Source: Chiloscyllium plagiosum (lineage: Eukaryota). Taken from it: a stretch of 64,000 nt of DNA. The stretch lies in contig NC_057747.1 in the NCBI RefSeq assembly GCF_004010195.1, positions 27,564,727-27,628,726 of the forward strand, given 5' to 3'. Positions 51,345 through 64,000 of the stretch are shown piece after piece. The notes beneath the pieces were generated by a model. That model was not told the origin of the DNA. It was given only the letters and a program-made list of their open reading frames with translations, and searched no databases. The position numbers were made by a program, and so were the translations under genes. Position 1 is the stretch's first letter. Each line of letters starts with the position of its first letter.

Positions 51345-51640
51345 GAGTCATAGAGATGTACAGCATGGAAACAGACCCTTCAGTCCAATTCATCCATGCC
51401 AACCAGATATCCCAACCCTTTCTAGTCCCACCCGCCAGCATCTGGCCCATATCCCTCCAAACCCTTCCTATTCCCATCCAGATGCCTCTTAACTGTTGCA
51501 ATTGTACCAGCCTCCACCACTTCCCCTGGCAGCTCATTTCCATACACGTACCACCCTCTGTGTGAAAAAGTTGCCCCGTAGGTCCCTTTTATATCTTTCC
51601 CCTCTCTCCCCAAATCTATGCCCTCTAGTTCTGGACTCCA
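51345..51640 (-). mobile_element. CR1/HER1-type 3' end
   Basis: RTRGHRFGERGERYKRDLRGNFFTQRVVRVW; same subfamily as 27870-28720 and 30625-30860. Confidence 0.88.
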
Positions 51641-52249
51641 AAATGCAAGAATTAATATTAGTATAAGTCAAAAACTTGAAAACATTGCTTTCTTTGAAAA
51701 TTAGAAGTGGCTTTTGCACTTTGAGCTATAATCTATCATCTCGAATGACCAACAGATTGCACCAAATATAGAAAAATAAATCTCAAGTCTCTTCCAGCAA
51801 AGAAGAAACATGGACCCCCAAACGGAGATGGTACAATAGTAACCAAGGGGTTGATTATGGAAATGGATTTGGCATTTTTAGACAACACAAAAACAAAAAT
51901 GTAAAGTAGTTGAGAAAAGAAGTTCAAGTGAATTAGGACCCATTAGTATGCAATGTCTGTTTTGTGTATCTTAACTTTGTTTCTCACATGTCTGCACGTC
52001 ACTATCATTTTGCAGTAACCCTTGAATAAAATCTACATCGTTTACATGTAATTGCTCAATTCTCTAATGACTTCTCTGGCCTTCACAGCATTACTGAATT
52101 GTAATTACTTTGGGACATTATGATCTTAAGCTTTGATCAGATGCAACAAAATTCAACAGTCAAATTTGTAGCAGTTTCCAAATCTACTTAATTACTTTAT
52201 GGAGAGTCAAGAATTAATCCCCTGATGGGCAATGAGGCTTAACTGGTCT

Positions 52250-54260
52250 CATGGAATGCTTACTTAAAAGTTTCTCCCGGAAGCATTAATATTCGGCAAA
52301 GTAAAGAATGAAACCAGACAGACCACCTGGCATCAGCCTAGGCACCAGAATGATGACAATAAACTCAATTCGGCAAAATCCTCCTTACAAATCACTTTGG
52401 CTAGTGGCAAAACTAGGAGAGCTGTCTCAGACTGCCCCACTGACAGGCCAGACATAGCAAAGTGCAGTGATATACAGTTAGGGGCAAGCAGAACTGTTCT
52501 CATATATAATCGACAACCACATAGTCCAGCAGATCCCCCACTCTCCTATTACCAGCAAGTTATGGGGTCAACCTGCTTCAACGCATAGCAAAGAAGCAGC
52601 ACCAAGCATACCTAAAATATAAGTGTCAACTTGGTGCAGTTACAACTCAGGAATACTTCAATGTCAAACAGCTTAAGCAGCAAGTGATACAACAGAGTAA
52701 ACAGATCCACAGCCAATGGAATAGATCCAAGGTGTGCATTGTGCTACAAGCATGAATGGTGATGGGACAATTAAACAACTCACTGAAGGAGGAGGGTTCA
52801 CAAATATTTCTATGTTCATTGATGAGGAGCCCAACATATCATTTGTGTCAATTGCGAGCCAGAAAAACTGAACAGACAATCCATGCCTCCTCTAGAGGTC
52901 CACAACATCTGATGCTAGTCTCGATCCAATTCGATTCACTCCACATAATATCAAGAATTGGCTGAAAGCAGTGGATACTGCAGCGCTGTGGACTCAAAGA
53001 ACACAAGCAACAGTACAGAAGACTCATGCTGCAGAACTTGCCACAACCCTAGACAAGCTCTTCAAGTGTGGCTACAACACTGGCATCCACCTGAATGTGG
53101 AGAAGTGCCCGATTTTGCATTGTACACTAAAAGCAAGACAAATTCAATTCCCGTTCATGTTAGGTAAGGAGTCGCCAACAATGCCAACCGGCTTAGCAAT
53201 ATGTTCACAGATGCTCAATTTGATTTCCACCAGAGCAACAATTCCTGACCTATTTACAGTTACATCAAGGGGTTCTAGCAAAACTCCAGTTAATGGGAAT
53301 CAGGACGGAAACTTGTCTGTTAGTTGGAGGTGGTCAGTTACCTCAACTCCAGGACATCTCTGTAGGAGTTCCTCAGGGCAGTGTGCTTAGCCCAGTCATC
53401 TTCAGCTTCCTCATCAATGACCTTCTCTCCATCATAAGGTCAGAATCAGAGGTATTCACTGATGATTGCATAATGTTCAGCTCATTCGCGACTCTTCAGA
53501 TGCTGATGCAATTCAAATTCAAATACAAATATCTATACTTGGGGTAACCAGTCACAAGTAACATTAATGCCACCCAAATGTCAGGCAATGATCACCACTG
53601 ACAGGAAAGAATTGAAACATCACCCTTGACGTTCAATGGTACCCATATCACTGGATCCCATGCTGTCAACATCCCGGGTGAAACTGAACTGGACTCATTA
53701 TAAGTACAGTAGCTGAAAGAGCAGGTCAATGGCTCGGAATCCTGTAACTAGTAACACACCTTCTGACTCCTGTAAGCCTGCCCATCCATCTCCAACTCAG
53801 GGGTGTGATGGAATACTCCCCACTTAACTGAACGAGGGCAGCTCTAACAACATTTATGAAGCTAGACACCAGCTTGTTTGTGAACGTGGTGCAAATCAAT
53901 CCCTCCATCACTGATGCTCAGTGGTAGCTTGAGTACTGATACGCTGCAGAAAATCACCAAAAGTCTTAGGTAGCACCTTCCAAACCCACAATTATGCCCA
54001 TTCAGAAGGATAACTGCAGCAAATACATGGAAACATCAATACTTTCAAATTCCCCTCCAAATCACTGCTATCCTCACTTGCGAATATATCACTATTCTTT
54101 CAGTGTTGCTGGATCAAATTTCTACAACTCTGTTTGTAATGGCATTGTGGGTCTACTTGCACCAAATGGACAACAGGACTTCAAGGCAGCAGCTCACCAC
54201 CACCTTCTAGGCAATAAATGCTGGCCCAGCCAGTGATGCCCACATCTCATGATCAAATAG
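52250..54260 (+). mobile_element. Second-family CR1/L2-like LINE, decayed with deletions
   Basis: GVPQGSVLSPVIFSFLINDL..FTDDC (track ORF 53293..53547); 3' tail GGCAATAAATGCTGGCCCAGCCAGTGATGCCCACATC also present at about 21060-21355 and 28920-29015. Confidence 0.82.
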
Positions 54261-54928
54261 TAAAAGTAAACTTTGGGGATGGATAACTCCAGTAAACTGG
54301 CAACAGGCAGTGTTTAAGACAATAGCCCAGTTCCACTTCCTCCTTTCTGAAAAAGAAAACTAAAGTACTTTTAAAGGATTTTTAAATTAAAAACTTTGGA
54401 AAATAAATTCCTCGGCTTATTGCCACAGACTTCAATCTCAAGTTTCAACAACACTCCAACTCAGAAACATGGGACAAAAACTCAATTATTGCTTGTCTCA
54501 GATATTCATTCAACCTTCCTAATATTTACAGACTAATTAACACAAAACTTTTCTTAATGTTTATGATTACCTTTAAATGACTTCAACTTGAAAACAGTAC
54601 AAACTGCAAGCACAGAATTCCTAACTGCTGCTTTCTTTTACATTCTTACTGTAAAATAATCGAACATTTTAGATTGGCAACCAAATCCTGCATGTTGGTT
54701 TACCCTTCAGGATTCTATTATGTTGAAATGTGCTCAGTAATATTAACTTCAAATGTTACCAAAACAACAACATTAAGTGGGGTTTAATTTCAAAGAAGTC
54801 TATGCTTTTGTCCCCTCCCAAATCATGGATGCAATGCAAAACAAATAGCAATAGTTAAGAACTTTAAATTAAGATGACCAAACAAATTCAGATTACAATA
54901 AACAACATAATATTAAAAAAAGTCCTAC

Positions 54929-55021
54929 CTTGAGAGCACAAAAGATGCAGGAATCTCCCATACATTTGTGAGTGGTTATCTGTCTGAAACTCCTTCGAAA
55001 AATATCAAGGTGCCAAAGGAC
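54929..55021 (-). CDS. USP54: USP54 coding exon 2 ([31 protein letters not shown])
   Basis: 93 nt, phase 0-0; acceptor tttctctaaag|, donor AAG|gtagga; manual translation (absent from the ORF track). Confidence 0.95.
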
Positions 55022-56039
55022 CTTTAGAGAAAGGTTTATTGAAATAAAGTTAAATTCTTCCATGATATATCAAGAAGAAGATTTTCACCACTCAAATTTA
55101 GAGAAAACATATGTAAACTGTTTCATGCCTACAAGTGTAAAGAGAAATGACTGATGGATGGCAGTTCACTTTCAAGTGAAAAAATTCTCTAAACTAGAGT
55201 CTAGTTAGGAAACAAAGCAAATTAAGATTGTTCACAGGTCAGCTGTTTCTACATTAATATATGTCAAGGGTGCAGCTGATTTTTATGAATCTGAAAGGTA
55301 TTGTTAAGACTTTAAGAAAGACAGGAACCTTTAAGAACAGGAAAATGCTTTGGGTTAACAAACTCATTTCCAATTTACATACACATCCTTGCACACTTGT
55401 ATAAAAATGGCATATGCATTCTTAATGTCTATACCAAGTCACAGTCACCGAGCTTTTTAGTTTTGCTAGCCACAAACAGAAAATTGAATTTACTTGCCAG
55501 TTAACTAACCCAGTTACTTGAATGAATAGGTGCAAAACATGTAGCAAAAGCAACAGCACTGACTCGTGTGAATCAGTATGAAGCATTTAGTAAGAATGAG
55601 GGAGAGAAAGGACTCCACTCAAATTTTCTATTCATTTCAGTTTGTCTATCCTATTCCCCATGCAAATGGGATTTGTACGCTTCAACTGTTGAATTTCATG
55701 ACAAAAATAGTTGTCACATTACTAGAAATATCATGTCTTGATTTTAACAGATTTAGCAATAATTAAATTCCTACATTTTAAGAGGTAAGCAATCCTATTC
55801 TTTAAAGTACATTTTGAACATTCCTTTGCAGTTAGTAGTACAACATCTCTTTTATATGAATTAATTTTAGACTAAAAAAGTTGTAGCATTTCACACAAAT
55901 ATTTAAATACCATGGCTCAAACATTTTAGAGGCTGGGTATTCTGCCTGAGACTAAGATCTGAATTTTCCAAAGCCTATCCATTAAAGTCCAAGTCATTAA
56001 TTTGATGGAGGCAGGAGCATAATAATCATGTCACTCAAC

Positions 56040-56370
56040 TTGTAATCAAGGATCTCCGGTTAATGGTCCAATGAAGGACGATTAAAATTAAGTTCAATAA
56101 AAAATTTCAAGTTAAAAGTTATCCCATGTAATGGTGATCATGTAACTACTGCTGATTTTTTAAAAACTCATCTGGTTCACTGGTGCCCTTCACAGACGGA
56201 AATCTACCATCCTTACCTGGTCTGTCCTACACTTAACTACATTGCTGTGGATTTGGAGTCGACTCTTAACTGTCTTCTGAAATGGCTCAGCAACTCACTC
56301 AGTTTAAATACAGTTATGAACAAGCAATAAATGCTGGCATAGCCAGCAATAACTACATTCCATGAAAAGG
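56040..56370 (+). mobile_element. Old SINE, second family
   Basis: Core CATCTGGTTCACT...CCTTACCTGGTCTG...GACTCTTAACTG and tail AATAAATGCTGGC shared with the second LINE family. Confidence 0.6.
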
Positions 56371-59300
56371 AATCAAAAAAGCTCTGTTTGCCTGGGTGGG
56401 TGCAGTTGCTACCATACTCAAAAGCTTTCCTGATCAGCACTTCAAATATTAGCTGAAACATCAATCACTGAAGTACTCTGTCCAGGAATCACTGCAGAAA
56501 CTTGCTAAGATATCGCAGGCTAACAACCCCAGTTGGCACTTGCTATTTCTCAGGAAAACCAGGGCTGTACTCACTCAGATAGACTCAAGGTCCTTTCCCA
56601 AGTCACATAACAAGAATTATATTACATTAATGCTAACCACCAATGTGCATTTGTGTAGCACCTTTAAATTAATGTATTGAGCAGACAAGAAACAGACAGT
56701 AATCCTGAAAGCATGTGAAAATCAATGATTCACATGAAAAACAAAACCTGGAAAACAACCACTTTTGCCAAGAATGTCTGCACACTCCACTCTAAACCTC
56801 TCATCAGCATAACCACACTTTCCCTTCACTATTTTTCTGCTCCAACTATTTACCAAACTCACCCACAGAGCAGTGACTGGAGCAACTTGAACAACCACTT
56901 GTTTTGTTGTATCCTGGAGTTTTGTGAAAGCTTCTACAGTCTCGACACAATTATTATTTTCATCCAACATTAACAACTCATCATTCATAATTTAACACCA
57001 GTTAAATCCCCTGAACCTCCTTTGTTCTCAGGAACAAAACCCTGTTTTTTTTTCCACAAGTTGCCAGTCGTATCACCCCACAGGCCAGCAATATAACTGC
57101 CACTTTTTTAATTAGACCGTTAAGCCACATGTCTTGTCCTTCATTTATATGTTTCTGTTCCTCCAGCACCAGCTTTAGTTGCACTGATGTTTTCTGGAAC
57201 ATGACAAGCAGCTCAAAACATGTGGTTCACTAAAGCCAGTGCCATGTCAATGGCTGTCAGCTAGCAACAAACTATCTAAATTATCTGTAATGTCAAAATA
57301 GCAATATCTTGACCTTAAACACTTCAATCAATCAATTAAGCAATTTTCATAACTAAGTTATTATCTCTTCATTCCATGGCCTTCGCTGACTCACTACCTT
57401 CACTACACTCAGAAATAGCTCACTTCCTTCACTGTTAGAACCTGACATACATACACCCAAACTTTCTACAACAAGATTCTGAAGGCACTGTTACATTCTC
57501 CTTATGTCCTTACGATCTCATTAATAGCTAAGCCACTGGCATCTGGAAAATGAGAGGAGACGTACCATGCATCCCAAGCAGAAAACAAAATGGTTTGTCT
57601 TTCATTCTGCATGTTGTTAGCAAAACGAATTGCAATCGAGAAAAATAAACAGCTTACTTTCTCGTTTGCAGAGTTGAAGAATTCGACATTTCAAGTATGC
57701 TACTTGGAATCTTTGCTGATCCATTGTTTTATTGGTGTACAAACACAGCCCTATGACACTTGGAGTAACTCAGCAGAGCTCTTCATCTGAGATAAAGCAG
57801 TAAACATACGCGCCATAAAAACAGAGGAGAAAAACTGGAGATTAGTCAATGGCAAAAGAACATCACCACATCCTCAATCAATTTACTTGTCCCTACTGCC
57901 TCAGATGCCAAAACAAGTCAGACTCACACCAACTCTAATTCCAAATCATTTACTATTGGAAGTAAAGCACTATAAAGCATTTCAGGAAAATTTAAATTGA
58001 ACCTTCAACAAGCTTTCAATTGAATTCATTAGAAACTCAAAATAGTAAGGCACAGAACAAAATAATAACTTCATTGGAGAAAGCTGATCTTGATTTGTTT
58101 GAAGATGCAGGCAGTTACAACAAGTGATGAAATAATCACTCTCTTCGGATATATAGTGCACAAAGAGGACATCGACCCAAGCAGGCCACTGTTTATGCTC
58201 CACTTGATCATCTTCCTATTCTTCTTCATCCAATTCTCATCAGTATTACTTTCTGTTCTCTTCTTCTTTCAAGGCTTCTCTAGTTTAGCACTAAGTGAGT
58301 CTTTAATATTCATCTCAACTATTCCCCATTCTTGCAAATGCCATGTTACCACCACTTAAAATAAATTATTTCAACTTGCCTATTTGAATTCTCGGTGACT
58401 ATCTTAAATGGGATATTCCTCTTCCGTAAACATGAAAACACATTATGACTACTCTCTCAAAAATTCCCCAAATTTTGAAGATCTGTGTTAGCAACTCAGC
58501 TTCTCATTTTAACAGAAAGAGCCCCAGCCTTTTCTAGGGATGGGCAATACATGGCTGGACAGTGATGTCCATGTCCCACAAGTGAATGAAAAAAAAACAG
58601 GTCTATCCTTCCAGCTCTGGTATTATCCTTGTAAGTCTTTTTTGCACCCTTGCACAGTTCTCCAAGTGTGGTATATCTAAGATTCAATACACATTTTTTT
58701 ATTTATTCATTCAAGGATATGAGCATCATGGATAAGGCCAGTGTTTATTGCGCATCCTGAGTGGTCCTTAACTGAGCAGCTTGGTAAACCATTTCAGAAG
58801 GAAATTGAATGTCAACAGTGTTGCTAGGAGTCTGGAGTGACACATAGCAAACTAGGTGAGAGCACATTTCCTTCCTAAAGAATATCAGTGAAACTGATGG
58901 GTTTTTGCATCAACCCAGAAGTTCTAAGATAACCATAACGATGCTAGCTTTTTATCCAATATTACTTATTAACCAAACCTAAATTACTCAGTTTCCGAAG
59001 TTGACCTTGGTATAATCTCTCTACTTTTCATACTATTCCACTGAAAATAAACTTTAATGCTTTATCTTGATTTTGCCATGGAGTTGTGCACCCATGTGCA
59101 ACTGTGTGATCAATGTATATATATATCCAGATCCTGCTGTTCCTTTATTCCACAAATTTTATGTTATCAATACATAAGATGCTCAGTTTTCTTTGCAAAA
59201 CATTGTTACTCACACACATCTACATTGAAATGCATACAACGTATTAGTTATATGCTCAATCAAGCGTATTAACACATTCTTGTTAAAATTAAAACAAGAC

Positions 59301-59371
59301 AGTTAAGATTGTAATTCAGCTGTATATGTATATCCTACATAAATAACCATGCATTGACCAGAACTACTCAC

Positions 59372-59515
59372 CTGCAATGCACTGTTGAGAAAGCAGCTAT
59401 TTTGCCCAGGCGCATTCATCAGTCCCTTACTTGCTGCAATAGAGGTTGTGCTCCGTGGCAAGAACATATCCTGAAGGTTATTGTTTGGTGTGAAATAGCC
59501 CTTCCTCCAGGACAT
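59372..59515 (-). CDS. USP54: USP54 coding exon 1 (start codon; MSWRKGYF...[12 protein letters not shown], Cys box)
   Basis: ATG at 59515-59513; 48 codons resembling the vertebrate USP54 N-terminus (MSWKRNYF...[13 protein letters not shown], recalled); donor CAG|gtgagt; catalytic Cys codon TGC at 59395-59393. Confidence 0.95.
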
Positions 59516-60384
59516 CTTGGCTGACGTCTTTTAGAATTTGATATTAAATGTTCTATAATAGAATTGCCTTTTTTTTCAACACTTAACCAAAAGAAAAAAA
59601 AACTCATATTGAATCACAAAAGAGAAGCTTAATGTTGATTAGGCAGTCCCTCAAATTGCCATTAAAAATCACAGTAGGGAGCAGACATTCACTAGTCACT
59701 ATTTGTAGTTCCATGATGAAACTATAGATCAAAAGTAGATTCCAAGCCAATGTTTTCTTTTGTACAGCACAAGTTTTAAAACAGTCTCTCACATAGCTTC
59801 ATTCTGTTTTTGAGTAACTTGTCCCAAATCTCTGTGCAGCATGGTGCAAGGAGTTGCTTAAATTCTGAATTCAACCACAGTATCGTGAACTCGCAGAACT
59901 GGAATTCAGCTTTCACAATGTCAGAGTGAAATTTCTTCACTCACACTCTTAAGTGGATATTTCCATCACTTGGCGAAAATTAAAAATCCAAAGAGAGTCA
60001 TAGTTGTAAAGAACTCGGCTTTCAGTACAATTCTTCAAATACTGTAAACACAGCACCACACAAAGATCTTTTAAAAACACAAACAAGCCAGCTTCTGCCA
60101 GAACACTTGGAAGCGTTGCGTCATGTACTCATTTGTTCAGTGTTCTGCCAAGCATTCTGGCTCGCCTATGATTAAGCTTCCTTGATAAGATAGCTATAAA
60201 CTCATTGTTTTGAACCTGTAGCCACAATCTCCACGGTACATCTTAATCCTTTTCGAGATCATTAATCAACTGTTTGAAGGTTTATATGGGCTATGTCAGC
60301 GTACTCTGACCAGATTCGCTTCCCCAGTGGAATCTGCTCATCTGCTAAACTGCTTGGATCAGCTGCTATTCATTTGACAAAGGT
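59516..60384 (-). other. USP54: Candidate 5' UTR part of the first USP54 coding exon
   Basis: Strong acceptor tgttttttctttctgtttacag| at 60386-60385; a weaker alternative tttttcttttggttaag| lies at 59583-59582; no recognisable TE in between. The true acceptor cannot be decided from sequence alone. Confidence 0.4.
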
Positions 60385-62077
60385 CTGTAAACAGAAAGAA
60401 AAAACACATTAGATTGTTTCCCATTGGTTACTTGTATAGCTCAGTGGTGGTAAAATTTGATTTATTTAATTTCAGCAATTTGTACAGATTCTGGGTACAA
60501 TGTCTGAAATGTATTCTCACACTGCATACATCCATTAGCATTATGCTGCAGCTTCCATGAAGCATGTCATCCTAAAACAAAACAAAATCAATTTTTACAA
60601 AACCTAACTCAATGTTTTCAAAAAACAGCAATTCATTTATCCAATGAAAGTAAAATTGCTCACACTTTCTTAAAGCATGTCAGCCTCTACTGCAAACAAT
60701 TGACGCTTTAAATATAATGACTCAAACACCAGCGACAGACAGCAAGTCACACCATAATGAGGTCATCAGTAATAATATTTGACTACACCAGTTGTACTGT
60801 GAATACGCGCCCAAAGCACTCCACATACTTAGCAACACCAGATAAAATTTGCAGAAGAAACAGGGCTGCATTTAAATATCAAGGTAAAACATCCCTGTCA
60901 ACTTAAACCTTTGTGAGCATTGATGGCATACAGAATCAATTACCAGGAGCCAGAACCTAGTAAAGGGAGACAACTAAACATGTATTGTCATTATCTCCAT
61001 AATGCAGTAACTGCGTCATTTTCACACATATGTCTGCTCAGCTTCCTTACTGTTACTTCAGTAACTTCTCTCAGCCATTTGTACCCACATTTCTGAACTA
61101 AAAACAAGATGAAACTGAATAATGTTTCGAATTTTTAAAAACATTTCTTGGACAAAAAATGTCTGACATGCTCATTCTAAGTAGTCTGCTCCAGAGAAGT
61201 TTTTTCTTTGCTTAATTCAAATTTATAGATAGAGTCAGCATAGCAATGTCAATAACATTGTGAAAGGAGAATTTAGTGTTCATAAACTGACTTCATATAA
61301 TATGAAAGAAGCAACAAGGAATTAAGATCAGACTGTACTTTGTATTTTATTTTCCACTGATGTTGGCAACAAAAACACCTTGGATTACTGTTATGAGAAT
61401 TGTATAACACATTCAGCCTTCAAGCTGAAAATGCTACCACTGATAATGTAATTGAATCTAAATTGAAAATAATTCTCCAGTGTTCTTTTTCCGCCAGATT
61501 ATGTACCACAGATTCCAGCAGATTAATGAGAACTTTACTTAATCTGCCCTCCATTTTTCACCAATTTAAACATAATAATTTTATAATAAATATTTTCACT
61601 ATGTACCCATTTTTGTAATAATGGTAACAGACCATCAGTACAACCATGCCTCATTTTGATCCTGCATATCTAACAGACAGTTCCACATTGTTCCATCTCT
61701 TAACTGCAATACCTGAAAATAGCTATGTACTTTGCTATCCTCATGTGATCTCAGTAGCTGGAATGAGTCTTTTTAAACCAGATTTAGTAGATTTAAAACT
61801 GTTTGTTTTAATGGTTTTTACATACACGAAAGCAATTAATTGGCAGAACATGAATTACCAAACAGGATGCAACTTCCCAAAAACATTGGTCAGCAAGGAG
61901 AAGGTTTAGTTTCACGGACAAGAGTTATAAAGTGACTTTGCCTTTGTTTACACGTTAGATTTTAAAACTGAACATATTTCAACTTTGCTGCATACCTTCA
62001 ACCAGATTGTTTAGGAAGAACATTGACACAGGAAGAGGCCAGGCTGACCTGTACATCAACTCAATTTACTTTTACTT

Positions 62078-62150
62078 GCCTGTGCCCGAAACGTCGAATC
62101 TTCTGTTCCCTGGATGCTGCCTGACCTGCTGTGCTGTTCCAGCAATAAAG
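62078..62150 (+). mobile_element. Family-A PLE-terminus fragment (3' half of the hammerhead)
   Basis: GTGCCC-GAAA-CGTC-GAATC...GGATGCTGCCTGACCTGCTGTGCTGTTCCAGCA. Confidence 0.75.
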
Positions 62151-62519
62151 TTTCAGTTTTGTCCAAATTCCTTGACAATGTTACCAAACAAAAATCAAAA
62201 AATTCCATCCTAATTGACTGGCAGAAGGATTAGAGGGGGAAATGAAAAAGTATTTTTCTCCAGTGAATAGTCAATGTCTGAAATCTGTTGCCCAGTTTTG
62301 TAATTGAGATAGAACCTGTGAACCTATTTAAAAGCTACCTGAAGCAATGTAACCTGCAAGTCAACAGTGCTGGCAAGTGGGATTAGAATGGGCAACTCAT
62401 TTATTTCAGCTGGTGCAGACATGATGGGCAGAATGTCTACGTTTTATAAAATAACTTTTCCATGGTTAAACATTTCAATGAACCCAAAACAAACAGCTTT
62501 CTTTGAGGGGGGGAGGCAA

Positions 62520-62692
62520 ATTACTGCAGATGCCGTAATCAGTATTGAAAACAAAAAAAATGCTAGAAGCTACAGCAGGTCAGGCAGCATCAGAGCTGAT
62601 GAAGAATGAGCTAGACTCGAAATGTTAGCATGCTCTCTCTCTCCACGTATGTTGACTGACCCACTGTGATTTCCAGCATTTTTTGTTTTCAG
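62520..62692. mobile_element. Decayed palindromic PLE-terminus insertion with hammerhead-like core
   Basis: aaaacaaaaaaaatgctagaa / ttccagcattttttgtttt arms; GCTGATGA-agaat-GAG ctaga CTC-GAAA-TGTT-AGC. Confidence 0.65.
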
Positions 62693-62999
62693 CTTTCTTT
62701 CAGGAATGGGACAGGTGACAAAAACAGTTACAAATTTCCAGCACCATTTGCATTAAGAGGAGAGTCTTTATTTTGTATCTCAAATGGCTCAGTTACTTTA
62801 AGATGTTGCCCTTCCGAGTTCTGGATATCCAAACAAGAAGCAATAGTTTTTCAATATCTATTCCTAGCAAATGTACACATTTTAAAAACCGTGAGCAGAT
62901 CAAAGGTCAGCCATCCACATTCAAGGAAATAGATGTCAAGTTTGTGTAACCTACTCTAACAAATGGATCCTTTACGCCTCAACATGATTCTGATCAATC

Positions 63000-64000
63000 A
63001 ATGGAATATACACTAACATTGGAGACTCTTGGTGCCCAGTCAGTGACCCAACTGGCCTCTGATGAAACCTCTAACAGCTGACATGTCCTGGTCCTCATGG
63101 GCTGTATCCTAGGACTTTAGAAGAAGTAGCAATAAAGTTAGTAGATATACTGGTAGCAATTTTTTAAGAATTCAGATTCAGCAAATATCTCAGAGGATTT
63201 GAAAAAGACCAACATAACAACCTTTTCAAAAAGGAAAGGAGATAAGAACTGGTTAGGCAAGTTGGCTCAACATCTGTCATTGGGAAAATGTAAGAGTCTG
63301 TTATAAAGGATATATAGCCGAGCATTTACACATAGATAATATAATCAAACAGAATCTGTACGGCTTCATAGATTGGAAATAATGCCGGAGAAATTTTTAT
63401 GGTTCTTTGAGGAAGGGGAGCCAGAAATGCAGCAAATTTGGATTTTGAAAAGGTTATCAATAAGATACCACTCATGATGTTGGGAATAGCATATTAGTGC
63501 AGATACAACATTGGCTAACTGTTACAAGACAATGTGTTGGGATAGCATTTTCAACATAGCAACCTGCAATGAGCGTGGCGCTATAGAAATCAGTGCTGGG
63601 GCCACAATTATTGGCGATATATATTAATGACTTGGATGACTAATGTTGATGTACTCTTGCCAAGCTACAGATGGTAAGGTGAGTAAGTGAGGAAGACAGA
63701 AAGAGTTTACACATGTACAAAGACAATTGGGTGAATGGCAAAAACTTGCCGATTGAATATTATGGGGGAAACGTGAGGCTGTGCACTCTGGAAGAATAGA
63801 AGAGCTGAATATTATATCTGCAAAGACTGCAAAAAGCTACAGATGAGGACTTTGGGATCCTTGTGCATAACCACAAGCAAGCAGCAAAGTTTAGTAGATA
63901 ATAGGGATGGCAAATGGACTGTTGGTCTTTTTCGAAGGGAATGGAATATAAAATCCGAGAGATCCTGCTAAAACTATACACTGTGCTAATCATACCACAC
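63000..64000 (+). mobile_element. Decayed CR1-type LINE RT, runs off the window
   Basis: Remnants of LTSVIGKM, SVLGPQL..IYINDLD, GMEYK...ILLKLY. Confidence 0.8.

Overview
Eukaryotic vertebrate genomic DNA, most likely a shark or other cartilaginous fish (inferred from V-SINE/HE1-like SINEs, HER1/CR1-type LINEs and Penelope-type repeats). The window holds the 5' half of one spliced minus-strand gene, the deubiquitinase USP54. I mapped 11 coding exons by hand, all GT-AG and phase-consistent, from the ATG at 59515 to the left edge. They encode about 479 codons, including the complete USP domain with its Cys and His boxes. The introns (intron 2 is about 27 kb) are packed with decayed CR1-type LINEs, tRNA-derived SINEs, a Gypsy RT relic, a Tigger-like MITE and an unclassified 1.26-kb element with terminal inverted repeats. 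The most striking signal is a dense set of short (about 130-230 bp), often palindromic, TSD-flanked insertions derived from Penelope-like element (PLE) termini. They carry minimal type-I hammerhead ribozyme cores in at least three sequence families. Nearly all ORFs in the supplied track are TE fragments or noise. Exon and TSD coordinates were indexed base by base; boundaries of old repeats are approximate.
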